Positions 37,318 to 46,515 of a DNA stretch of 64,000 nucleotides are shown here, one piece after another. A model generated the notes under the pieces. The model saw only the letters and a program-made list of their open reading frames with translations, did not search any database and was not told the origin of the DNA. The stretch comes from an uncultured virus (IMG/VR IMGVR_UViG_3300027736_000023) (lineage: Duplodnaviria > Heunggongvirae > Uroviricota > Caudoviricetes): the IMG/VR virus record IMGVR_UViG_3300027736_000023, one strand, 5' to 3'. How positions within the stretch are numbered: the stretch's first letter is position 1; every line of letters begins with the position of its first letter. Made by a program: the position numbers and the translations under genes.

Positions 37318-38434
37318 GATAAACCATATCATAAACCGATTCACTAAAGTTTGTATTAATCCATTTGTTAAATGTTGCCAATGAATAGTCAGGGTTTGAC
37401 TTTCGTAAAAATGAAAACAGGTCGTTAATATCTTTTATCTGAGTTAGCCTAATGAATTCAGATGAGTTCTGGCACAAAGGCTTTAATTCGCTTATTGCTT
37501 TATTCCATAGGAATATTGAATAACCCTGCTTTATAAACTGCATCATCTGGGTACGGCCAGCCTTGTCTTTATCAAATATAATTTTTATTCCACTCTTTGC
37601 TCCAAGATTAGACATAATACTCTTTGCTTTTGAAACACCAGAGGTGGCAATACAATTATCGAGTAATAGTGAGTCGAATTGACCCTCAGCCAATAAAATA
37701 GGTTTAGCGAAATCAATATTTAAAATATTAAAATAATTATTTAAAAAGTTTGCATCTTCAATTACCTGTTTATTAAGACCTTTTTGACTAAAAATTCCAG
37801 CAAGATCAGTATAGGTTTTAATAATATATTTACGATCAGAATTTGGGTCAAGGCTTCTCATTGAAAATCCCAAGACTCGGCCTGATCGCCTATCAAAATT
37901 AAAAATATAAATTTTATTGTCAGCTGAGTCTGAATAGAGATAGTCTCCGTATTCTTCAATTAGAGCCAGGTCTCGGCCATTAATATAGGACAGGGCACGA
38001 GACTCAGTTTCTAACTGGTCAAGCCGCTTAAGCCCGAACCGGTTAATTATATCGGTTATTTTAACCAGCTCACTGGTATCAGAGGTTATAAACCTGACTA
38101 ATTGATTGTCGTCTCTGGCTTTTTTAACTGGTTTATATTCAACATCAAGCACAAAGCTCGGCAGCATAATACCATGATCTTTACTCATTTTGGCAACAAA
38201 TTCGCCAAGCGTCATATAGGCCATGCAGCCATCGTTAAAGCACTTATATGCTCCAGTATCTAAATATAGATTACCACGTTTTTTAGATGATTTTTTCTCA
38301 GAGTCTCCACAGATTGGACACGCAAAATTTAATTTACGGTCAGTATCATTATCAACCTTTTGTTTTTCAAAATTATCATGAAATCTTTTGCGTAATAGTG
38401 TTGTAACAAAATGTATTAGTTCTTCGCGCTTCAT
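37313..38434 (-). CDS. DNA primase (T4 gp61-like)
   Basis: NFACPICGDS...KKRG...YKCFNDGC; TOPRIM EGQFDS, FDKD, KDIND. Confidence 0.92.
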   Translation of the reverse strand: MKREELIHFVTTLLRKRFHDNFEKQKVDNDTDRKLNFACPICGDSEKKSSKKRGNLYLDTGAYKCFNDGCMAYMTLGEFVAKMSKDHGIMLPSFVLDVEYKPVKKARDDNQLVRFITSDTSELVKITDIINRFGLKRLDQLETESRALSYINGRDLALIEEYGDYLYSDSADNKIYIFNFDRRSGRVLGFSMRSLDPNSDRKYIIKTYTDLAGIFSQKGLNKQVIEDANFLNNYFNILNIDFAKPILLAEGQFDSLLLDNCIATSGVSKAKSIMSNLGAKSGIKIIFDKDKAGRTQMMQFIKQGYSIFLWNKAISELKPLCQNSSEFIRLTQIKDINDLFSFLRKSNPDYSLATFNKWINTNFSESVYDMVYL

Positions 38435-38438
38435 TTAG

Positions 38439-39908
38439 TTAAAACGAAATTTGAGTTTGTTTTAAGTCAGCCTTCTTTTTTGACTTTGGTGCAACAGTAT
38501 TATCTTGAGGCTTTTCAATTTTAATGCCTTTTTTCTTGGCAATACGCTCTCGGTATTTATGAAGCTCGTGCTTTGGAACAATTACCGTATTTAAACCATA
38601 TTTAGAAATAGAAGAAATATAGACTATGAATAGTTCAGTTGGTACTTTTTTATCAGATGATTCAATATATTCTTGGCATATTTCTGGAATTTCACAATAC
38701 TCCAGCGATTCTGAGTTTACTGAATATAGCGGATAGGTCTCTTCAGTTGTAAACTCTTTAGTTCGGCTCCGGGTTTTAATTATTTCAACTTTTCGAGTTA
38801 GGATTGCGGTTAATTCCGGATAGCCCATTGCAACCAGTAATTTATTAATAGGTTCAATAATTAGTCTAAAAAATTGTTGTTCACGATCAAGCGGCACGGC
38901 AAATTCAATTGGAAATGAGCCTGGTGAATATGCAAAAATATCAAAATTGTGTTCATTCGGCGAGGCATAGTAGAATTTAATTTTAGAACCGCTACGAATT
39001 AATGAATATTTTTCGCTTTTTGTCTTTTTGATAAGATGGTTATGATAGGCTGAGGCTCTACCGTATATTGGCATACCCTTTTCCATAACCAATGGCAATA
39101 GGCTTGTTAAATAGTCTTCGTATACTCTTACTGAAAAGTTAAATGCAATATCCTCAATTGGTAAAGCATCACATTCAGTTTTTAATATTTGTAATTTTGG
39201 AATTAAATCCGTTTCTAAATCAATAGAATAGCCTTTATCTAAAATATAGGTATATAATTTTTGTAAATGAGCACGTGCCCAAATTGGATATGATGCCTGA
39301 ATTGCCTCTAACCCTTTTATAATTAGCGATTCTTTTTCTAATAGTCGCTCATTTTTATTATCTTTATATGAAACGGTTAAGATATATTTCTTTTTAGCTA
39401 ACCAAATGCCAGACCTAGATAAATTTTCTAATTCAAAATTTTGTCTGTTATCTGTATTAAAATGAGTTGCATATTTTTCAAATGCCTGTTTAAAATAGTC
39501 ATTTAATCGGTGGCGGTTAAGTGCCAAACAAAATTCAAGTGACTTTTTATTGTCAAGTGATAAACCTTCAACTGACTGTAGTGCATAGTCAAAGCAGACA
39601 TAGACACTATCGGTATCAGTATAAATTGCGGCCTCTTTCTTAATTTGATTAATTTTCATATTAGATATGCCTAATATTTGGTGTAGTTCTGAATCTAGGT
39701 GCCACTTATTTTGAAAATAGTGATTAACTGCCTTGATTGAAAACTTTATTAGGTCTTGACCCTGTAGAGTAATTGACTGGGCAATATCATTATTATGAAA
39801 ATAAAAGTAGCGATTGCCAAATGCTCCATAAAAAGAATTAATAAGGATTTTTATTGCATTTTGCTTAAGATCTAATGATTTTATCTGGTTCTCTAAAATA
39901 TGGCTCAT
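38439..39908 (-). CDS. family B DNA polymerase, C-terminal subunit (split gp43)
   Basis: KILINSFYGAFGN, ITLQGQ, YTDTDS, KKKY, KGLE; no exonuclease domain or motif A. Confidence 0.9.
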   Translation of the reverse strand: MSHILENQIKSLDLKQNAIKILINSFYGAFGNRYFYFHNNDIAQSITLQGQDLIKFSIKAVNHYFQNKWHLDSELHQILGISNMKINQIKKEAAIYTDTDSVYVCFDYALQSVEGLSLDNKKSLEFCLALNRHRLNDYFKQAFEKYATHFNTDNRQNFELENLSRSGIWLAKKKYILTVSYKDNKNERLLEKESLIIKGLEAIQASYPIWARAHLQKLYTYILDKGYSIDLETDLIPKLQILKTECDALPIEDIAFNFSVRVYEDYLTSLLPLVMEKGMPIYGRASAYHNHLIKKTKSEKYSLIRSGSKIKFYYASPNEHNFDIFAYSPGSFPIEFAVPLDREQQFFRLIIEPINKLLVAMGYPELTAILTRKVEIIKTRSRTKEFTTEETYPLYSVNSESLEYCEIPEICQEYIESSDKKVPTELFIVYISSISKYGLNTVIVPKHELHKYRERIAKKKGIKIEKPQDNTVAPKSKKKADLKQTQISF

Positions 39909-39914
39909 ACTAAT

Positions 39915-39942
39915 ATTATACTAATTATTTAAAAAATAGTTT
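39915..39942 (-). promoter_or_regulatory. putative promoter AAAC-N16-AGTATAAT (polymerase gene)
   Basis: Reverse strand; 6 nt between box and ATG. Confidence 0.6.
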
Positions 39943-39978
39943 GACCGGTAGTGAAATATAAGTTAGATAAATAACCAT

Positions 39979-40560
39979 ATGAAGTATCTGCAACTATTTG
40001 AGAACTGGAATCCCTTATCTAAATCTGATATAGAGTCAGTGCGGGACCTAAATTCAATTGGGGTTGTTTCAGATAAGGAATTCAGAGACCTACGAAGTCG
40101 GATGGGGATTGAACAGATGATTCTTAATTATGATCCTAAAGGTCACAATGATACAAATGGAATTGGAAACTTATACATAAGAAGCAGCACAGAGTTAACC
40201 GGTTTACCTGATGGGTTAAAGGTTTCAGGCTACTTAGAATTAAGTGATTGCCGAAATTTAAAGAGTTTAGGAGCAGGTTTAGAGGTTGAAGGGGACTGTC
40301 ACCTATATGGCTGTATTAATTTAGAGAGTTTACCTGCCGATTTAAAGGTTGGCGGAAGCTTAAACTTACGTGACTGTATAGGTCTAACCAGCTTAGCGGC
40401 TGGGTTGGAGGTTAGAGGAAACTTATACTTAAGCGGGTGTACAGGTTTAAGGAGTTTACCTCATGATTTAAAGGTTGGAGGAAATTTATCCTTAGGCGGC
40501 TGTACAGGTTTAACCAGTATACCTGATGACCTAATGGTAGATGGTCGTATATTTGTATAA
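39979..40560 (+). CDS. leucine-rich repeat protein
   Basis: About six 22 aa repeats LxLxxCxxLxSLPxxLKVxG; N-terminal MKYLQLFENW; GATAAATAA at 39966-39974. Confidence 0.85.
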   Translation: MKYLQLFENWNPLSKSDIESVRDLNSIGVVSDKEFRDLRSRMGIEQMILNYDPKGHNDTNGIGNLYIRSSTELTGLPDGLKVSGYLELSDCRNLKSLGAGLEVEGDCHLYGCINLESLPADLKVGGSLNLRDCIGLTSLAAGLEVRGNLYLSGCTGLRSLPHDLKVGGNLSLGGCTGLTSIPDDLMVDGRIFV

Positions 40561-40603
40561 TATTAATTATAAATAGATTAAATCGCTAATTTTAATAAGT
40601 ATA

Positions 40604-41212
40604 ATGATAAGCTCAATAAGTAAAGAAAAATATTTAATTAATAGAATATTTCCAATTTTAGAAAATTTTCCATTTAGTGAATTTAATATTGAAATGGCAG
40701 AGTCTCCAAGTATTAGAAATCTATTAGACCTTGATGAGCCTTCCGATTTATATAATAGAAATCATCAGTTAATTAAATTTGTATATACTGAATCTGACCT
40801 ATCTAAACTTTCAATTGTTATATTTGAACAAGAGCTTAACTGGATTATAAACGTTTCATCTAACATAACCAATTTAGATAAAATTTCAAAAACCTTAACC
40901 CGGGCAATAAAGTCAAAGAATTTATTGGTAAAGAGAAATGCAGCACAGGTTGCTGAAGCCTGGTGTAGCCAGTTAAAAGATAACCGAACGGCCTTGAGCT
41001 ATTCAACAATGGGAGAAATTTTATTAAAATTAACAGACAGTCAAGCTGAGTGTATTTCAATAATAAATAAATTAGGAATACTCTCTACTAAAACCGGTAT
41101 TGTTAGCCTAAATAAATCTGAGTATCAGATTATATTAACATATTATCACTTTCAATTAATTTATGCAAAACTGCTATTGGGATTAGTGATATCAACAAAA
41201 ATATCAATATAA
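40604..41212 (+). CDS. hypothetical protein
   Basis: 202 aa ORF; start uncertain. Confidence 0.65.
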   Translation: MISSISKEKYLINRIFPILENFPFSEFNIEMAESPSIRNLLDLDEPSDLYNRNHQLIKFVYTESDLSKLSIVIFEQELNWIINVSSNITNLDKISKTLTRAIKSKNLLVKRNAAQVAEAWCSQLKDNRTALSYSTMGEILLKLTDSQAECISIINKLGILSTKTGIVSLNKSEYQIILTYYHFQLIYAKLLLGLVISTKISI

Positions 41213-41215
41213 AAA

Positions 41216-42292
41216 ATGGAACAACCAATTGATTCGTTTATTGAATATTTATTTATAATTGAAGAAGGGCATGATATGTTAACCGCTGACCAAGTACAAA
41301 AACTACAAATAATCAAGACTAAAGTAACTGAAATTGTAAATAATATACAGGTAATTAAACAGCCGGCTGCACTAATACCGGTTATGGCAGAGTCCCAAGT
41401 AATTAGATTTAATGAATATACTCTGTTAAATGAAAAAATTGCAAAAAGAGGTAAGTCTTGGATTGTTCTTAACAAAGCCGGTACTGAGGTATTAGGAACT
41501 CATCCCAGTAAAAAAAAAGCAGTTAAACAGTTACAGGCAATCGAAATAAGTAAAGCTAAATTTATAAATGAGTCATTTTATAAAACAGATTTTGAATTTT
41601 CACCGGCTGACTTTAACGATTTTGACTTTGAAAAACAGTTACCAAGTTTAATTGCTGAAGTTGCTGAATATTGGAATACATTACGTGATGATTATGAGTG
41701 GAATAGAGAGTCTAGAGAGTTTAGGCGAGATCATTTTGCCCTAAATGTAAAAATACATGTTTTTCCAGATTTTGATAAGTGTAGAGAGATTTTAGGCGAT
41801 TCAGACGTAACCGATGATCAAATTGATCAAAAATGGTATCAGTTTATAGAAGATAGTCGTGAAATGTATCAAGAAGATATCGAAGAGATATATCCATGGA
41901 TTGAGAATACTGGTTTTGGTGGAAGAAGTGGTGGATGGTTAGTAATTGCGGTAAATTCAGCAATAACAAATATAGAAGAAGATGTTCAAACCATGATTTA
42001 TGAATATATTGAAATGAAAGGTGATATGAAAACTGACGATGATTGGCAAGAAATGGTAGACTTAGCAAATGCGGATCACTATAAGGATCTTATGGAAATT
42101 GGAGTAGCTGATTATCCAGGAGAGCTTATTAACTTAAAAAATGAGGCTCTAAAATTTAAGGCATCTTTGGCTGATAATTTAAATACCATGCAGAGAATAA
42201 GTCAGGATCTTGAGGATATTTGGATGAGATCTAGAAAATTTGAAGAGAATGCTGCCAAATATTTCTATGAGCAGCTATCATATGAAGATTAA
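41216..42292 (+). CDS. multi-module hypothetical protein (putative internal head protein)
   Basis: Basic module EKIAKRG...LGTHPSKKKAVKQLQAIE flanked by FNEYTLLNE and KFINE; C-terminal GGRSGGWL domain. Confidence 0.7.
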   Translation: MEQPIDSFIEYLFIIEEGHDMLTADQVQKLQIIKTKVTEIVNNIQVIKQPAALIPVMAESQVIRFNEYTLLNEKIAKRGKSWIVLNKAGTEVLGTHPSKKKAVKQLQAIEISKAKFINESFYKTDFEFSPADFNDFDFEKQLPSLIAEVAEYWNTLRDDYEWNRESREFRRDHFALNVKIHVFPDFDKCREILGDSDVTDDQIDQKWYQFIEDSREMYQEDIEEIYPWIENTGFGGRSGGWLVIAVNSAITNIEEDVQTMIYEYIEMKGDMKTDDDWQEMVDLANADHYKDLMEIGVADYPGELINLKNEALKFKASLADNLNTMQRISQDLEDIWMRSRKFEENAAKYFYEQLSYED

Positions 42293-42310
42293 AAAACAGT
42301 TATAAAAATA

Positions 42311-42380
42311 TACGGACTTAGGACCGTAGGTAGTTTCGGCTATCTGAGCCTCTTATGATCGCTATCTAAGAGGCTCTTTC
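42311..42380 (+). ncRNA. three-hairpin RNA, Flavo-1-like, ending in a terminator-like stem
   Basis: TACGG-ACTTAGGA-CCGTA; AGGTAGT-TTCG-GCTATCT; GAGCCTCTTA-TGATCGCTATC-TAAGAGGCTC-TTT. The family name is from recollection and unverified. Confidence 0.6.
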
Positions 42381-42381
42381 A

Positions 42382-43911
42382 TTAGATAAATTTAGCTAAA
42401 TCAAACGAGTGTTTAGAGACAATAAATTGCTCTTTTAAATAAATTTTTTCCCTAGCACTGCCGTGCTTTACAATATATCCACCAAGATCATCAATTAGGT
42501 CGTATACCGTTACTTTATGTTTACCGGCAAGCTTACGCATACCTCTACCAATCGACTGACGTATTGTAACTTCAGATTTGTAACTTTCAGCAAAGATAAT
42601 GTGGTTAACATTTTTTAGGTCAATGCCGGTTCCAAAGGTTGCAAAACTCGCAATCAATACAACACCTTGACCCTTTTCCATCTCTTCTCGATAGTCATTA
42701 CGTACAGTATCTTTAACTCCACCGTCTATATAGTAGGCATTTGAGTTTTCTTCTTTGATTTTATCGCATATCCGCTGGCCGTATTGGTCCTTTACGTTTA
42801 TGAATAAAATTAACTTATTGCCGTCTAATTTACTACACAGGCCTGCAATAAATTTTATACGAGGTTCATATGAAATAATAAAATCACGCTCAGCCGTAAA
42901 CATATCTTTGCCAGCCTGGCCCATCTTTTTAAGTTCGTAATATTTTTTAACAAAAGGCTCAGACTCTGGATACTTAAGTGACAGCATTTTAATAAAGACA
43001 TTAGGCGAATGGGCTTGATCGATTAAGAAATTTGATTTAAGAACCATACTTAATGGCCCTAAGAATTCTTGAATTTTAAAAAAATCAGAATACTCCTCTT
43101 CAATTTGAATTGTTCCAGACAAGCCAAGTTTATATTCAACATTTTTACAAGCCAATAGAATATCTCGAATTGAGGCTCCTCGCGAGGTATGTGCCTCATC
43201 GATACAGAGTACGCTGAATTTTTGAAAAAAGTCAGCACCTTTATTTTTAAGGCTTTGATAGGTAGAAATAACAAGATCAGAAGACTCAAAAATAGAGTCT
43301 GAGTACTTATTGGATCCGCCTATTTGTAAAACCGCCCAATCCAATAGGCCAGTTTTATAGTCGGTTTCAAATTTTTCAGCAGTTTGGCTAACCAGCGAAA
43401 TATTTGGAACAACAATAAGGGCTTTTTTGGTTTTGCTAAGTATGCCTTTACGTTTTAAAAAAGAAAGATATAAAAATAGAATTAGGGTTTTACCGGATGA
43501 GGTTGCAAGTTCCTGTGAACAGAATTTATATTTGAGGGCACGGTGAGCTGCTTCTAACTGATAGTCCCGAACCTCAATACCTGAGCCATCAAATAAAACT
43601 GATGAAAATTTTTCTAATTGGTCCTTGGTAAATGCTAAATTTAATAATGAGTCAAGGCCTTCAATGGTTATTTCGTAATCATACTTTTTTCCAAAATTTA
43701 GGATCTCTTTCCATAAACCCACTCCAATATTAAGATCTTTATCAATAAATTTATCATAACCATCCCATAATTTACGTTGATATAGTCGGTTAAAGTGATA
43801 ACCCTTTTGCCTCTTTTTAAAATAGAGCTGAAGATCTTTTAATTCGCCTTTGGTATCATGACTTATGAGTTGAAGATGCTGCCGATCCGCAGCTAATTTA
43901 AAAGTTAGCAA
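42382..43911 (-). CDS. uvsW: UvsW helicase
   Basis: WDG, RDYQ, ATSSGKT, DEAH, GLSGT, QSIGRGMR, VYDLIDD. Confidence 0.92.
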   Translation of the reverse strand: MLTFKLAADRQHLQLISHDTKGELKDLQLYFKKRQKGYHFNRLYQRKLWDGYDKFIDKDLNIGVGLWKEILNFGKKYDYEITIEGLDSLLNLAFTKDQLEKFSSVLFDGSGIEVRDYQLEAAHRALKYKFCSQELATSSGKTLILFLYLSFLKRKGILSKTKKALIVVPNISLVSQTAEKFETDYKTGLLDWAVLQIGGSNKYSDSIFESSDLVISTYQSLKNKGADFFQKFSVLCIDEAHTSRGASIRDILLACKNVEYKLGLSGTIQIEEEYSDFFKIQEFLGPLSMVLKSNFLIDQAHSPNVFIKMLSLKYPESEPFVKKYYELKKMGQAGKDMFTAERDFIISYEPRIKFIAGLCSKLDGNKLILFINVKDQYGQRICDKIKEENSNAYYIDGGVKDTVRNDYREEMEKGQGVVLIASFATFGTGIDLKNVNHIIFAESYKSEVTIRQSIGRGMRKLAGKHKVTVYDLIDDLGGYIVKHGSAREKIYLKEQFIVSKHSFDLAKFI

Positions 43912-43926
43912 TCATTATTGATTATT

Positions 43927-44373
43927 TTAGTGACCGTCTAATAATTTTTGGACATCAAGTCGGGTTTTTACCCCAAATAAGACAGCATCAACCGTTTTAA
44001 TTGATTCTGAATAAAATGCAATTTGATTTTCAATTTGTTCAAGGCGCTCTTTAATAGTTGCAGTTCGGCCATCAACTATTGTATTTTTTTCGCTAGAGTT
44101 AAACCGAACTTGATGACTTTTTGAGGCCTCGACCCATTCCTCACCTTTTTTCTCTCTATAACTCTTTTTTAGTTGAGTAAAGTGTTCAATTAGGGTATGA
44201 TTTTCTTCAAGCAGTCGCTGTCTAAGACTTAAAAATGTAACTTGAGCCTCTGGCATTTTTCTAATATTTTCAAGCAGTTTAATACCTACGTAAATTTCAC
44301 CTGAAAAGGTTTCACGTTTATCTCTAAATATTTCAGAAATTGTTCTTTTGGGTTGTGCTACTGGTTCTTCCAT
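43927..44373 (-). CDS. putative UvsY recombination mediator
   Basis: 148 aa helical protein directly upstream of uvsW, as in T4-like phages. Confidence 0.55.
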   Translation of the reverse strand: MEEPVAQPKRTISEIFRDKRETFSGEIYVGIKLLENIRKMPEAQVTFLSLRQRLLEENHTLIEHFTQLKKSYREKKGEEWVEASKSHQVRFNSSEKNTIVDGRTATIKERLEQIENQIAFYSESIKTVDAVLFGVKTRLDVQKLLDGH

Positions 44374-44406
44374 TTAAAGTATTTTACCTATAAACGAAGC
44401 TAAGTT

Positions 44407-44877
44407 TTAGTGAATAAAGGTATAGTAAATACTTTCAATTTGATAAAAATCACTATTAAATTCCTGCATTTGATTACTTGAATAAATTGAACTGCCGATT
44501 GAGTGATGATTACCGTCTTTGTAAAAAACCGAGATAGCCCCGTCATACAGACACACAATTGAGTCTAATTTATAGTGAGAAATTGACTCTTTTATAATTT
44601 TCTTAAAATCATCTAATTTAATATTGGTATCTTTATTGGTAACAAAAATACTTGGGTATACCATTCTTAGTTTATGGCGTTGTTCAGCTAAAGAAGTTAT
44701 GGTTTGCAGACAGTAATTTAATTTACCAAATGAATCTAGGTCATTTAAAAATTGATTATACTGTTTTGAATTGGTAAAGTTATAAATCGCAAACGGGGTT
44801 TGATATTGAACGCAATCTCTAATTAAATGATAGCGATTGCCATTATATTCTTGAGTATTTCGTAAGAGCCTAGTCAT
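44407..44877 (-). CDS. hypothetical protein
   Basis: 156 aa; GATAAATAA box at 44911-44919 on the minus strand. Confidence 0.7.
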   Translation of the reverse strand: MTRLLRNTQEYNGNRYHLIRDCVQYQTPFAIYNFTNSKQYNQFLNDLDSFGKLNYCLQTITSLAEQRHKLRMVYPSIFVTNKDTNIKLDDFKKIIKESISHYKLDSIVCLYDGAISVFYKDGNHHSIGSSIYSSNQMQEFNSDFYQIESIYYTFIH

Positions 44878-44933
44878 TATTATTTAAGTATATTAGTTAA
44901 AACTACAAAGTTATTTATCAGTAAAAAACTTAA

Positions 44934-45470
44934 ATGCAAGACGAAACTCATATTAATATATTTGATTTTGATGAAACTCTATTTCGCATTCCAAATTATA
45001 CAGCCAGTGAGGCTAAAGGTATTGAACCATATGACTGGTTTGATGATCCTCAGTCATTAGATGATAGATTCAATATTAAGGGAATTAAAAATACCCTAGA
45101 TGAAACTAGAGGATCTGGGTCTTTAAATTTCTTGGTAACCCATAGAGTTTTAGCCTGCAAACCGGCCGTATTACAACTTTTAATGAATCACGGTGCTAAA
45201 TTTGATGATGTATTTTTTCTTGGCCGGGCTGAGAGTAAATCAGTAATTGTTAGCAAGATTATATTAGATCACGTAAATATTAAAGCGGTAACAATATACG
45301 AAGATTCGCTATTTGAAATTATAAAATATACTGAAGAATTTACTAAGTCTGGATTAATTGATAAAGTCCGGTTTAAATTCGTAGATAAGAGTAAAATAAT
45401 AACATTAGATACCAGTGCAGTAAAATCACTGACCTCAGCATATAAACTAGATAAACTTAAGTTAGAATGA
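44934..45470 (+). CDS. HAD-superfamily phosphatase
   Basis: IFDFDETLF, VTHR, K, IYED. Confidence 0.8.
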   Translation: MQDETHINIFDFDETLFRIPNYTASEAKGIEPYDWFDDPQSLDDRFNIKGIKNTLDETRGSGSLNFLVTHRVLACKPAVLQLLMNHGAKFDDVFFLGRAESKSVIVSKIILDHVNIKAVTIYEDSLFEIIKYTEEFTKSGLIDKVRFKFVDKSKIITLDTSAVKSLTSAYKLDKLKLE

Positions 45471-46075
45471 TACTATTCATAGAAGGTCCCAGACACTCAG
45501 GTAAAACCTACTTAATAAACAATTTTTTATCAGTATGTAATGATCCTAGAATAGAATATTATAAATTTTATTTTGCAAATCACATAAAAATGCTGGATTT
45601 AGTTAAGCTTGATGATTCTGCAGCCCTTCACTATTTTAGTCTAGGTAATATCATGACAATTATGGAAATGAATTTAAGGCCAGAATATAGAGATAAAATC
45701 TGGATATTTGATAGAGCAATTTTATCTGCCTATGCTTGGGCAATACTTAGAGGCAGACTATCAAGCGAGTCAGCCAAGCGCGAATATTCAAAATTAGTTA
45801 GTTCAGAGCTATTTAGTAATTGTAAAACATTAATGGTATCAGTTACACAACAGACTGATGATATAACCCGAGTTAAAGACACTTGGGATGGAATTCACTC
45901 AACCTCCGAAGAACAAGACCTATTAATTAGGCTATTTAATTATGAATTCGGTAATTTAAATGATCAGAGTAAGCTAAATTTAAGTTCAAATATAGTTAAT
46001 AATTTTGATATAAATTCAACCAGTGAGTTTAATATTGAATGTTTTAAACTTTTAGGAATAGCGGCTAATAAATAA
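45467..46075 (+). CDS. P-loop nucleotide (dNMP/thymidylate-like) kinase
   Basis: IEGPRHSGKT, IFDR. Confidence 0.75.
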   Translation: MILFIEGPRHSGKTYLINNFLSVCNDPRIEYYKFYFANHIKMLDLVKLDDSAALHYFSLGNIMTIMEMNLRPEYRDKIWIFDRAILSAYAWAILRGRLSSESAKREYSKLVSSELFSNCKTLMVSVTQQTDDITRVKDTWDGIHSTSEEQDLLIRLFNYEFGNLNDQSKLNLSSNIVNNFDINSTSEFNIECFKLLGIAANK

Positions 46076-46092
46076 TAAAAAAGTAATATATA

Positions 46093-46512
46093 ATGAAAGT
46101 TATTAAAAATTTTATAAATTATATTAATGAGTCGTCTGATTCGGATAAGAAATTAATTGACAAAATATTTCGCATATTACCGGCTAGTAGAAAAACAGTA
46201 GATTGGGATCACCGAGGCCGACTATATCTTCCATCAGTCAATGGAGAAGATTCAAAGGTTCATATTTTATCAAGAGCAGATATGTCGGACTGGGAATCTG
46301 AGTTTATGGAAATGTATGGCGAAACTCCTAGATATAAAGTAGAATTAACTGATAAAGATCTAGACTATAATGACTTTCACCACATTAATGATGTTCAGTC
46401 AGTTAAGATTGAAATTACAAATGAAATTTTTAAAGAAAAAAAGGACCGTTTTTCAAGAGGTAAAAGCAAATTTTTAAATGATCCAGATTTTCCAAATTCT
46501 TCAAAAGATTAA
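46093..46512 (+). CDS. hypothetical protein (putative internal head protein)
   Basis: MKVIKNFINYINE; AATAAATAA at 46067-46075. Confidence 0.7.
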   Translation: MKVIKNFINYINESSDSDKKLIDKIFRILPASRKTVDWDHRGRLYLPSVNGEDSKVHILSRADMSDWESEFMEMYGETPRYKVELTDKDLDYNDFHHINDVQSVKIEITNEIFKEKKDRFSRGKSKFLNDPDFPNSSKD

Positions 46513-46515
46513 ATT

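Noticed and set aside
39979..40560. Diversity-generating retroelement target
   Set aside because: No reverse transcriptase or template repeat with adenine-specific differences is visible; the repeats are ordinary LRR units.
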